The translations under genes were made by a program, and so were the position numbers. Source: a virus. Taken from it: a stretch of 64,000 nt of DNA. The stretch covers positions 1 through 64,000 of IMG/VR virus record IMGVR_UViG_3300042860_003408; one strand, written 5' to 3'. Shown in pieces: positions 8,911 to 18,065 of this stretch. Each line of letters starts with the position of its first letter. The first letter of the stretch is position 1. The notes under the pieces are model-generated. The model made no database searches. It had not been told where the DNA came from and worked only from the letters and a program-made list of their open reading frames with translations.

Positions 8911-10386
8911 ATGGAAAATTCAATTCTTAATGACTTGGTAATGTATAAAGGAAAATGGTTCTCTGACCTTGTGGATGAGAATATGTTAGCCAATGCATTA
9001 CTTACAAAACCTCATGAAGTTGCCGGCGTAGTATCCTACGTGTTTGGTGCAATGGATCAGGGGTACAGCTCTGTACTTGACTTCTTAACAGGAGGTATGG
9101 GCAAAAAAATGACTATCGACCAACGCGAATATCGTTGGAAAGTTATGATCGATTCAGACCGTGCTGTAACAATTCGCTCTGCGAAATGGAATGGTGCTGC
9201 AGTAGATTCAAATTCTAAGGCAGGTCTTGGCAACACTCCTATCATGCTATCTGTTGAAGATAAATGGTTTGGTCCAGGTGCTATAATCGAACTTGACGAC
9301 AAAGAATATCAATTACGCGTAGCCGGCACTCCTTATCAGGATGGCAACGAGTGGGTTTACACTTGCTTTATTGCTGACGGTCAAGCCGATTCTTATGTTC
9401 CTTATCAATATTTACAAGCCGGATGTCAAGTATCTCGTCTTGGTTCTGCATACGAAGAGTATTCTGAAGAAGCAGATATCATCAACTACAATACTCATAT
9501 TGAGTTGAAAAACCACTTGACTACTCACCGTTTGTCTTATGACATCACCGGTTCTGCATACAGCACTGTATTAGCAGTTGGTTTGAAAGATCCTAAATCA
9601 GGAAAAACTACTTACTTGTGGTCTGACTTCCAGGAATGGAAAGCCATGCGTGAGTGGAACAAACGTATGGAACGTCAATTAGTATATTCTAAATACAATG
9701 CTAATTCAGATGGTACTACAGACCTTATGGGTACAAACGGACGTCCAGTTTATATTGGCGCCGGATTGTTACAACAGATTGCTCCTGCTAACCGTCGTTA
9801 CTATACTCAGTTGAGCGCAGACTTACTTGAAGACTTCTTATTTGATATGTCTTATAATATGTTGGGTGCTTCTGAACGTAAATTCGTAGCCTTCACTGGC
9901 GAGATGGGTATGCGTGAGTTCGACCGTGTATTGAAAGAAAAAGTTGCAGCTTATACAGTTGTTGACTCTAAATTCATTACAGGCGCTGGACAACAGTTAA
10001 TCCTTGGTGGTCAATTTACCACATACAGAATGACTAATGGTATTGAGCTTACAGTTCGCCATATGCCTTTGTATGACGATATTATCCACAACCGTAAGTT
10101 ACATCCAGTTACTGGTAAACCACTTGAGTCTTATCGTTTCACTTTCTTAGATTTTGGAACCCGTGATGGTGAAGCCAACATCGTAAAAGTTGTACGTAAA
10201 GAACGTGAGTTGTCTATCTGGCATACTGGTGGTTCTGTAACCCCTGGAGCTGGATACGCTAAGTCTATCAGTACTTTACGCTCTAACGCTAAAGACGGAT
10301 ATTCTGTACACTTCTTAGGTGAATGCGGTATCATGGTACGTGACCCACGCGCTTGCGGTGAGTTAATCATGGACATTGCAGAGTAA
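8911..10386 (+). CDS. Major capsid protein
   Basis: 491 aa with a crAss-type sequence ('YEEYSEEADI', 'GAGLLQQI', 'TGEMGMREFDRVLK', 'DGYSVHFLGE'); codon bias of a highly expressed gene (CGT, AAC, TTC). Confidence 0.92.
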   Translation: MENSILNDLVMYKGKWFSDLVDENMLANALLTKPHEVAGVVSYVFGAMDQGYSSVLDFLTGGMGKKMTIDQREYRWKVMIDSDRAVTIRSAKWNGAAVDSNSKAGLGNTPIMLSVEDKWFGPGAIIELDDKEYQLRVAGTPYQDGNEWVYTCFIADGQADSYVPYQYLQAGCQVSRLGSAYEEYSEEADIINYNTHIELKNHLTTHRLSYDITGSAYSTVLAVGLKDPKSGKTTYLWSDFQEWKAMREWNKRMERQLVYSKYNANSDGTTDLMGTNGRPVYIGAGLLQQIAPANRRYYTQLSADLLEDFLFDMSYNMLGASERKFVAFTGEMGMREFDRVLKEKVAAYTVVDSKFITGAGQQLILGGQFTTYRMTNGIELTVRHMPLYDDIIHNRKLHPVTGKPLESYRFTFLDFGTRDGEANIVKVVRKERELSIWHTGGSVTPGAGYAKSISTLRSNAKDGYSVHFLGECGIMVRDPRACGELIMDIAE

Positions 10387-10398
10387 TAAATAAAATAT

Positions 10399-10447
10399 AT
10401 ATGCGGTGGTTGGTTCTGCCGCATATTACAATATGGCATATTGCCAT
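10399..10447 (+). promoter_or_regulatory. Tandem stem-loops after the capsid gene (mRNA stabiliser or partial terminator)
   Basis: ATATGCGG...CCGCATAT (10399-10426), then ATGGCA-TAT-TGCCAT (10433-10447); there is no long U tract. Confidence 0.55.
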
Positions 10448-10481
10448 CTTATGTAAAACTAATCTTATAAATAAAATATAA

Positions 10482-11234
10482 ATGATAGTAACACTTAGAC
10501 ACAAACGCAAAGACCCATGGGCTGGCGTTACAAAATATAAAGGATGCTTTGACTATATTAGTCCACTATTATCTAGATCTGGAAATGCACATACTGGATT
10601 AGAGAAAGAAGACTCTGAAAGACTTGAAGCAGCACTTCACTTAACACCTGGAACATTACTTCCATATAGTAAATATTGGAATACGTTCGCTGTTAAGATA
10701 ACAAATAAAGAATTAGTCCTTAACACTGAAATGCCGTGGGATGAATTGCAATATTTGTTTTTAAAGAATCATAGCAAGGTTGCGAATAGCATTAGCGATT
10801 CAAATCCAGGAGCTACATGGGTTCTTATAAATAAAGAAATTGAAGCTCAAGAAGCTAACAAATCTTCTCGTAGACGAAGAGAGGCTATTAAAGAGTTTGA
10901 TAAAATGTCTATCAATGACATGAGAAAATGTTTACGACTACTTGGTATTAAATCAGATGGATTATCTAATGAACTCATAGAGAATAGAACTTATGACTTC
11001 GTAGAGAAAGAACCTGATAAATTCTTTGCTAAATGGGTAGACAACAAAACAAAAGAAACAGAGTATATAATCGAGGCTGCTATATCTAAAAATATAATCA
11101 GGCGCTCTAGAAATATATACTATTACGGAACGGAAGTTATAGGAAATTCTATGGATGATACCATTGTTCATTTAAATGATAAAAAGAATCAAGACCTAAA
11201 ACTTGCAATTATGAACGATTTAGAAAGTAAATAA
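10482..11234 (+). CDS. Conserved crAss-like capsid-block protein
   Basis: 250 aa directly after the major capsid gene; typical synteny. Confidence 0.7.
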   Translation: MIVTLRHKRKDPWAGVTKYKGCFDYISPLLSRSGNAHTGLEKEDSERLEAALHLTPGTLLPYSKYWNTFAVKITNKELVLNTEMPWDELQYLFLKNHSKVANSISDSNPGATWVLINKEIEAQEANKSSRRRREAIKEFDKMSINDMRKCLRLLGIKSDGLSNELIENRTYDFVEKEPDKFFAKWVDNKTKETEYIIEAAISKNIIRRSRNIYYYGTEVIGNSMDDTIVHLNDKKNQDLKLAIMNDLESK

Positions 11235-11959
11235 TGACATTATCACAACTGCACTTATATATAAAATTAGAGTTAGATAAGTCTAATGTATCTGGATATC
11301 CATCTTTTCTTCCTGAAGAGATAGATTACTTTATAAACACAGCTATTAAGCGTTTTTATAAAAGGAAATACTCTGGGGTTAGTGCTGTTGGAGGTTCATT
11401 TCAGCAAAATCAACTCAAGAGTGATGACTTCAGAAAGGTTGTCAAGACTGCTGAGATATTAAAAGCATCAATGACTGTATCTGGCAATCAATACATAGCA
11501 GACTATCCGTCTGACTATTGGATTGGAGTTGGAGAATCTGCTTATATAACGTCAACTGATTCAGAATGGCCTAAAACCAGTTTGAATGTAGCAATACCTA
11601 GAAAGGTTGATGTGTTTGAAAGAACCATAGAAAACTTAGATTCTACTCTAAATAATAGTTTATCCGAACACAAATTAAACCATTCATATGCTAGACCAAT
11701 ACGTGTCTACATGAATAGCAAGATATACTTATTTACAGATGGGAATTACTCTATAGATAAGTATGTTATAAATTACATCTCAAGCCCAGTAGAGGTTGAT
11801 TGGCATTCTCAAGTCAATGACAAGAATACTTACCAGCTAATATCTGTTCCAGATCACGCATGGGATGAGATTATTTCAATGGCCACTAAGGCGGCTATAG
11901 AAAATATTGCTGATTCAAGGTATCAAACCTATTCAGCAGAGACCCAAGCAATTGGGTAA
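11234..11959 (+). CDS. Head-tail connector/ring protein (crAss-type)
   Basis: 'ELDKS...PSFLPEEIDYFINTAI' and 'P.H...EII..A' motifs; TAATG coupling to the upstream gene. Confidence 0.7.
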   Translation: MTLSQLHLYIKLELDKSNVSGYPSFLPEEIDYFINTAIKRFYKRKYSGVSAVGGSFQQNQLKSDDFRKVVKTAEILKASMTVSGNQYIADYPSDYWIGVGESAYITSTDSEWPKTSLNVAIPRKVDVFERTIENLDSTLNNSLSEHKLNHSYARPIRVYMNSKIYLFTDGNYSIDKYVINYISSPVEVDWHSQVNDKNTYQLISVPDHAWDEIISMATKAAIENIADSRYQTYSAETQAIG

Positions 11960-12069
11960 AAACTCAGTTTAGTATCGACGAGGAAATCTGAAATAAGAAA
12001 GTAGAAGAACTAAACGATTAATTAATAAACTGAGTCGACTAAATATTAATTAAATAAAAAACAAAAATT

Positions 12070-13071
12070 ATGTTACAAAAACCAAATACAGTATTCGTTG
12101 GAAAGAAAGTTAACGCTGCTGGTTCTACATTAGTTGTTGGTGACGTTGTATTGGTAAATGCCGCTACAGGCGCTCCTGTTGCAATCGCAGATGCTGCTGA
12201 CTACGAAAACATCCAATTAGGTTATGTTAAAGCTGTTGGTTCAGCCGATGTAAACGCTACAATCGTAAAAACAGGTATAATCACTAAAAAAGGATTAACA
12301 AGCAAAGTATATACTGCCAATGTTGCAAAAACAGAAGCTAGTTCAGTACTTGACTTTACCGCCGCTTCAATTACAGTTGGACATCGTTATGTTATCCGTA
12401 TTGTATATACAGATCTTTACGAACATCCAGGACAATTTACTCATACTTATGAGCATATCGCAACCTCTACAAACGTAGACACTCTTGCTACTGCATTCGA
12501 GACCATTATAAATGCTCATAAAGGAGCTCGTGTTACCGCATCTTATAGCGCATCTCCAGACCAATTAACATTGACTGCAAAAGTTGTTGATGGCCCAGAA
12601 GCTGGAATCGCTACAAAAGAAGCAATTACTCCTTATTCTCAAGTTCAGATGAAAGTGTTTGTGTATTCTAGTAATCCAGCCGGTGGACTTGGATCTTCTG
12701 CATATACAGCAACTGGAGTTACAGTTGCTACTACAGCTAGCAAGCCTGGCAAAGGAAATGCTTTCGTAGTTAGAGACCGTGAACAAGCTGCTCTTGGATA
12801 CAAAGGAATTACTTTCCGTACAACTTGGCCAATCATCAAACCTGAATTAACAGTAGACCTGTCTAAATCATATGACGAATTGGTTATAGAATATGCTAAG
12901 TCTTATCAATCTCCAGATAATCAATATGTTAAATCAACAGATTTAGCTGCTGAAATCTATGTACAGAACGATGCATCGTCTGGCTCAAAAGCTACAGATT
13001 TAAATGCTGCATTAGAAGTATGGTTGGATTCTGGTATTGATGCTAGAATAACCGCTTTAGAAGAAGCTTAA
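12070..13071 (+). CDS. Abundant structural protein (auxiliary capsid protein-like)
   Basis: Ala/Thr/Val-rich and beta-strand-like; shares the high-expression codon bias of the capsid gene; followed by a strong terminator. Confidence 0.65.
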   Translation: MLQKPNTVFVGKKVNAAGSTLVVGDVVLVNAATGAPVAIADAADYENIQLGYVKAVGSADVNATIVKTGIITKKGLTSKVYTANVAKTEASSVLDFTAASITVGHRYVIRIVYTDLYEHPGQFTHTYEHIATSTNVDTLATAFETIINAHKGARVTASYSASPDQLTLTAKVVDGPEAGIATKEAITPYSQVQMKVFVYSSNPAGGLGSSAYTATGVTVATTASKPGKGNAFVVRDREQAALGYKGITFRTTWPIIKPELTVDLSKSYDELVIEYAKSYQSPDNQYVKSTDLAAEIYVQNDASSGSKATDLNAALEVWLDSGIDARITALEEA

Positions 13072-13075
13072 TATT

Positions 13076-13106
13076 AAAGGACAGGGCTTCGGCCCTGTTT
13101 CTTTTT
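13076..13106 (+). terminator. Rho-independent terminator
   Basis: ACAGGGC-TTCG-GCCCTGT followed by TTCTTTTT. Confidence 0.9.
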
Positions 13107-13119
13107 AAACACATTAGTT

Positions 13120-13641
13120 ATGGTAATTTTAGAAAACACAAAATACTCATACGAGTCTGGGTTGATATATATCCAGTTAAAAGATACTAATACTGAAATA
13201 TCTGAGAATTTTATAGATAGGGTTGATATGGTTAAGATTAAAAAATCTTATTCTAATTCAGAGGAGACGTATACCGTAACGCCAACAACCTATATCGACA
13301 GCACCAGTAATGACACTCTTCTTATATCAATAGATATAGAAAGCGACATTGCTAAAGACGATGTAGATTATCAAGACTTCGAAGTTAGTGGTATAATAGA
13401 GGTTGATGTTACAATAGACGGAGAAACCTACATATCATATATCTATAATGATAATGAATTTTATTCATACAAATTAGACATCTACAAATCTGAGATGAAT
13501 GATTTGAATACAAAAAGAATGCTTAGATTTTTATTTCTTGAATCTGCCATGCTTAACGCAATAAGTCTTGGTTATATAGAGGATGCTACATTGTTTTATT
13601 TGGAAATGAAAAAGATATATATAACATTTAATCCTAGATAA
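13120..13641 (+). CDS. Hypothetical protein, probably tail hub/structural
   Basis: 173-aa acidic ORF at the start of the tail fibre block. Confidence 0.55.
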   Translation: MVILENTKYSYESGLIYIQLKDTNTEISENFIDRVDMVKIKKSYSNSEETYTVTPTTYIDSTSNDTLLISIDIESDIAKDDVDYQDFEVSGIIEVDVTIDGETYISYIYNDNEFYSYKLDIYKSEMNDLNTKRMLRFLFLESAMLNAISLGYIEDATLFYLEMKKIYITFNPR

Positions 13642-13645
13642 TAAG

Positions 13646-13960
13646 ATGAAAAATTCAAAAGAAAATACAATCACGATGAGCATTGAGGCATTAGATAATA
13701 TCAAATTCAATTCAAGATATAAGATTTCAGATGCATCAAACATAATACTTCTTATTGACGTATCAAAGGTACTTGACAAAACTAGAGAATATGCTGGATT
13801 ATACAGCGACATAAAACTAGTAGGATTAAGTAAAAATACAAAGCACAATCTAATAAAAAATATAGACATAACGCCAATCAAATACTCAGAAGAAGCAGTA
13901 TTTTACACAGATGAATACAATATCTTATTAACCAGCAATAACAACATTTTACAATTATAA
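13646..13960 (+). CDS. Hypothetical protein, probably tail hub/fibre adaptor
   Basis: 104 aa; the C-terminal 'FYTDEYNILLTSNNNILQL' resembles short fibre-docking motifs. Confidence 0.5.
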   Translation: MKNSKENTITMSIEALDNIKFNSRYKISDASNIILLIDVSKVLDKTREYAGLYSDIKLVGLSKNTKHNLIKNIDITPIKYSEEAVFYTDEYNILLTSNNNILQL

Positions 13961-13961
13961 T

Positions 13962-16229
13962 ATGAATTACGTAAAAATACAAGACCTACCAGAAATAACA
14001 TCAACATCGAGTACGACGTATGCACCTGTTATTGATGGAGCTAGCTCAAGAACTAGCAAAATAAAATACAGCAACTTAGTTAAATCTGCCAATAATTTAA
14101 CTACCACTACTGAAGGATACGTGTTAGATGGAAGACAAGGGAAGGTTCTTGACGATAAAATAACAGGCCTATCTACATCACGCGCACCTATAGCAAATCC
14201 AGCCGGAGGAGCAAATAATTATGCCCCGCTAGCTAACCCAACATTTACTGGTAGTGTAACCGTTGATGCTGGAATTGAAACAATAAAAGATTTAACAATA
14301 ATATCTACAAAATCAATATCTTTAGCTGGTCTTATTGGTGGGGTTACTACTGATACTCAATTATTATCTGATGTATCAACTAAAGTTGCAACTACAGAGT
14401 TTGTAAAAAGAAATTTACTTTCACAATATGGTGAAAATATAGCTATAGGTTATAATTCTTTACTTACAAAAAATGATATAACTAATGCAATAGGTGGTAA
14501 TAATTTTGGAAATATAGTATTAGGATATTTAGGTATGTCTAATAATACTACAGGTAAACAAAATATAGCATTAGGTTGGGGAGTTATGAGATATAATGAA
14601 ACAGGTAATGCAAATATAGCTTTAGGTGCCGATGCTTTAGGATTTAGTTATAGAAATACTAATAGTAATGTTGCTATTGGAAATCAAGCTTTAAGACAAC
14701 TATCAGTTAATAGTGAAAGTTCATTATATAATATAGCTATAGGTGAACATGCTGGAAAAATGACAAACGGGGATTCTAATGGTTTAAACCAATCTAATGA
14801 TTCTATTTTTATAGGTAGAGAAACTAAATCAAAATCTGAAAATAGTATTAATGAAATAGTTATAGGTAAAACTGCTATAGGTAAAGGTAATAATACAGTT
14901 GTTTTAGGTAATGATTCGATTATTGAAACACATTTAAAAGGTAAGGTATTTGCTGATAGTTTAAATAGCAAATTAAACGCACCAACTGTATTAAATCATG
15001 TACACACACCTAATTCTACTCCATTTATAGAATGTACAATAACAAATGGAACAGGAACACTTGTCATAAGTGGAGCAGACTCTTTATTTAGAGCTATAAC
15101 CGCAAATAATACAACAGATGATATTTATATTGGAAATAGAGAATTAACATATAATTCCATATCTTATGATGGGACAGATGATGTATATACATTAAATATA
15201 ATAAGTACTTACAATAATACGACTAACAATTCAGATGAATCATTTGTAATACCTACAAACAGTGTAATAACACAAGGTCCGTGGAATCCTATAGAGCGGG
15301 ATGCGCAAGACCCTACTGCGATAAAAGTTATAAATACTAGTAATGCAGATACGTTGAATATAGGAGATACAATTAGAGTAACACAAACATTACCTACATC
15401 TCCTTTTACTGTAACGACTGTAGATTATGCCGTAAACGGTGTTGTTGAAACAGGAGCTATTGGAAGTTTATATAATGTACATACCATAAATGTTGGTAGT
15501 GTAGTTTCTAATATATCAACTGATTACAAAGTTAATTATGATAATAATGTTACTGTAACTATTATAAGAAATACAGCTAATAATTATCCTATTATTAATA
15601 TAGATGGTTACATAGAACAAAACAAAGATAATTCTGTTTATTTTAATTCAAGTTTAAAACCTAATATTAATAATTTTTATTCTTTAGGTAGTAGCTTCAA
15701 TGCTTGGAAAGACGTTTGGGCTATAGATAGTTCTATAAATGCTTCAGATAGTAGAAAGAAAACCATAATATCTGCATTAACACAAGATGAACTTAATGCC
15801 GCTAAGCAATTGTCTAAAGAAATGGGAACATATAAATGGTTATCAGCAATTGCCGAAAAAGGTGATAAAGCTCGTAAACATATAGGTATGACTGTTCAAC
15901 GAGCAATTGAAATTATGACAGCTAATAATCTTGATCCTTTTGATTATGGTTTTATATGTTATGATGAATGGCAAGATGAATTTAAAACTGTAATTGATGT
16001 TCAAGCAGAAGAATATCAAGCTGCTTATTCTGAAGAAATTGGAACAGATGACGAAGGCAATCCCATTGTAATTAATCATCCTGAAGTTCCAGCAGTAGAA
16101 GAAGTATCCCATCAAGAACAAATTACAGTTGCAGGTAATAGTTATTCATTTAGATATACTGAACTTTTAGCTTTTATTGCAGCTGGTATTGAAGCACGTC
16201 TAACAGCATTAGAATTTAATATAAAATAA
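13962..16229 (+). CDS. Tail fibre/spike with C-terminal intramolecular chaperone (peptidase S74-like)
   Basis: N-terminal 'KIQDLP', 'APLANPTFTG' and 'KVATTEFV'; YadA-head-like 'NIALG' repeats; C-terminal 'SDSRKKT', 'HIGMTVQ' and 'YSFRYTELLAFI..GIEARL'. Confidence 0.85.
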   Translation: MNYVKIQDLPEITSTSSTTYAPVIDGASSRTSKIKYSNLVKSANNLTTTTEGYVLDGRQGKVLDDKITGLSTSRAPIANPAGGANNYAPLANPTFTGSVTVDAGIETIKDLTIISTKSISLAGLIGGVTTDTQLLSDVSTKVATTEFVKRNLLSQYGENIAIGYNSLLTKNDITNAIGGNNFGNIVLGYLGMSNNTTGKQNIALGWGVMRYNETGNANIALGADALGFSYRNTNSNVAIGNQALRQLSVNSESSLYNIAIGEHAGKMTNGDSNGLNQSNDSIFIGRETKSKSENSINEIVIGKTAIGKGNNTVVLGNDSIIETHLKGKVFADSLNSKLNAPTVLNHVHTPNSTPFIECTITNGTGTLVISGADSLFRAITANNTTDDIYIGNRELTYNSISYDGTDDVYTLNIISTYNNTTNNSDESFVIPTNSVITQGPWNPIERDAQDPTAIKVINTSNADTLNIGDTIRVTQTLPTSPFTVTTVDYAVNGVVETGAIGSLYNVHTINVGSVVSNISTDYKVNYDNNVTVTIIRNTANNYPIINIDGYIEQNKDNSVYFNSSLKPNINNFYSLGSSFNAWKDVWAIDSSINASDSRKKTIISALTQDELNAAKQLSKEMGTYKWLSAIAEKGDKARKHIGMTVQRAIEIMTANNLDPFDYGFICYDEWQDEFKTVIDVQAEEYQAAYSEEIGTDDEGNPIVINHPEVPAVEEVSHQEQITVAGNSYSFRYTELLAFIAAGIEARLTALEFNIK

Positions 16230-16240
16230 TATATATAATA

Positions 16241-16513
16241 ATGCATATGAACAAGGTAGATATAAATGAAATTAGTATCCCACAAATGCTATCTAGTCAA
16301 AACGGAAAAACTAGTGCTACTGCTGTTGCAGGACTATGGCTAGTTCTAGTAGGTTCAATATGCTTCTGCTTTGGAGTGCTTGGATATTTAAAATACGGAA
16401 ACTCTGGAGACGCAATGCTACAAAGCCTAGGGCTGGCTACACTCGGTACATCATTATTAGTCACAAAAAGATTAAAGCCAACAAAAGATACTACAAATAC
16501 TAACATACAATGA
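16241..16513 (+). CDS. Putative holin (two transmembrane segments)
   Basis: Two hydrophobic stretches and a basic C-terminus; upstream of the amidase. Confidence 0.6.
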   Translation: MHMNKVDINEISIPQMLSSQNGKTSATAVAGLWLVLVGSICFCFGVLGYLKYGNSGDAMLQSLGLATLGTSLLVTKRLKPTKDTTNTNIQ

Positions 16514-16842
16514 ACACCATATTAGAATTGATGGAGACTAAAGATTTAATAACACTAGGAGTGTTACTCGTTACATGGCTTGGAGGACTTGCCACTATAT
16601 ATACTAACTTCAACGTAAGAATCGCTGAGATAATAAAAGACGTTCTTGCAATTAGACGCGATATGGAAGATCATAAGATGGTTAATAAGCTAGAGATAAA
16701 GGAGATAAAGGATATGATGCAATCAGACAAGATGGATAATAGAGAAGACCACTTAAGGATACTTGAAACGCTAAACAAGTTATCTTCTTCTATAGCCGAC
16801 CTTAGGGTTGATTTAGCAAAAAATACAAAAACAAAAAAATAA
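16510..16842 (+). CDS. Single-pass membrane coiled-coil protein (lysis cassette)
   Basis: N-terminal transmembrane segment (LITLGVLLVTWLGGLATI) followed by a coiled coil. Confidence 0.55.
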   Translation: MNTILELMETKDLITLGVLLVTWLGGLATIYTNFNVRIAEIIKDVLAIRRDMEDHKMVNKLEIKEIKDMMQSDKMDNREDHLRILETLNKLSSSIADLRVDLAKNTKTKK

Positions 16843-16846
16843 TAGT

Positions 16847-17467
16847 ATGAAAGGCAAATATGTAGCCATACTAACAGGCGCATTGCTATTGATTAGTAGT
16901 GCGCTTTTTGTGTATAATGGCATAATACAGAAGAAGTACGAAGAGGAAAAGATTAATAAAGAGAGGTATAAAAGCAATGCCGTTGCATTCCAGAATGTAG
17001 CCAATGGATACTTTGAAGAGAACAGGGTCCTACGCTTGAATAGAGACGATTTAAGACAGTCTAATAATGAGATGATAAATACTATAGATTCTCTGAAAAA
17101 GTCCCGCAAAACGCCTCCAAACAAGCCTGGTGACGTCTCTACTGGGGTGACTACAGTTATACATGACACCGTTGAGGTTTTGATACCGGTTCCAGTGGAA
17201 ATTAAGGTAGACACTACCCTTGTTTACAACGAATTGACTAGTGTTAGGATAAAAATTGAAAAAAGTTTACTTTCTGGTGAATTATCTGTCAACAATACTC
17301 AGGTTTTAAACGTTTACACTTCCAGGGAGTATGTGAATGTGTATGACAACTGGTGCAAAAGGCTATTAAGACTAGACTACAAGAAGCATGATGTTGAAAG
17401 ATACACTATAGATAATACCAACAAATTAATTAAAGTTACAGACGCAATAGTAATAAAACATGAGTAA
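16847..17467 (+). CDS. Putative spanin-like membrane protein
   Basis: N-terminal transmembrane anchor, coiled coil and beta-rich C-terminus; adjacent to the endolysin. Confidence 0.5.
   Translation: MKGKYVAILTGALLLISSALFVYNGIIQKKYEEEKINKERYKSNAVAFQNVANGYFEENRVLRLNRDDLRQSNNEMINTIDSLKKSRKTPPNKPGDVSTGVTTVIHDTVEVLIPVPVEIKVDTTLVYNELTSVRIKIEKSLLSGELSVNNTQVLNVYTSREYVNVYDNWCKRLLRLDYKKHDVERYTIDNTNKLIKVTDAIVIKHE
17034..17126. repeat. Dispersed phased inverted-repeat element (inside the spanin-like gene)
   Basis: Left arm GCTTGAATAGAGACGATTTAAGAC; reverse complement of the right arm is GCTTGTTTGGAGGCGTTTTGCGGGAC; inner span 83 bp. Confidence 0.6.
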
Positions 17468-18065
17468 TAGAAAAGAACTAGTAGTAATATTGGATCCTGC
17501 TCACGGAGAAGAAACTCCTGGCAAGCGTAGTCCAGATGGAAGATTTAGAGAGTATAAGTGGTCTAGAGAGATGATTATATTGATTGGAGATATATTGGAT
17601 GATAATGGATTTAGAGTTATGTCTTCTAATGCTTCAAACAAAGAGATAGGATTATCTAATAGAGCAGAGATGGCAAACAATATAGCAGGAACTAGGAAGG
17701 TATTAATATCTTTGCATTCAAATGCTGCCGGAAGTGGTGCTGAATGGATGAATGCTAGGGGATTTAGCGTATACACTACAAAGGGAGATACTAAATCAGA
17801 CGATGTAGCAGAAGAATTAATGGTTAATTTTAAAGCAGATTTTCCTGAATTAAAAGCAAGAACTGATATGTCAGATAAAGACATGGATATAGAAGAGAAC
17901 TTTACTGTAATAGTAAAAGCTAAATGTCCGGCAGTTCTTATTGAATGGTTATTCCAAGACAACAAAGAAGACGTATCAATACTTCTAAATGAAGAATACA
18001 ATAACAGACTAGCTAATTCTATTGCAAAGTCTATAATTAATTTATATAATAAAAATATAATATAA
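17460..18065 (+). CDS. Endolysin, N-acetylmuramoyl-L-alanine amidase (Amidase_3 family)
   Basis: Zinc and catalytic motifs 'ILDPAHG', 'E', 'LSNRAEMAN', 'ISLHSNA' and 'PAVLIE'. Confidence 0.92.
   Translation: MSNRKELVVILDPAHGEETPGKRSPDGRFREYKWSREMIILIGDILDDNGFRVMSSNASNKEIGLSNRAEMANNIAGTRKVLISLHSNAAGSGAEWMNARGFSVYTTKGDTKSDDVAEELMVNFKADFPELKARTDMSDKDMDIEENFTVIVKAKCPAVLIEWLFQDNKEDVSILLNEEYNNRLANSIAKSIINLYNKNII

Noticed and set aside
3165-10386. Introns or inteins in terminase, portal or capsid genes
   Set aside because: The ORFs are continuous and of ordinary length, with no intein-like C...HN ends or homing endonuclease motifs.
11985-12005. Hammerhead ribozyme in the intergenic structure
   Set aside because: It has CTGAAAT rather than the CTGANGA core, and the three required stems cannot be built.
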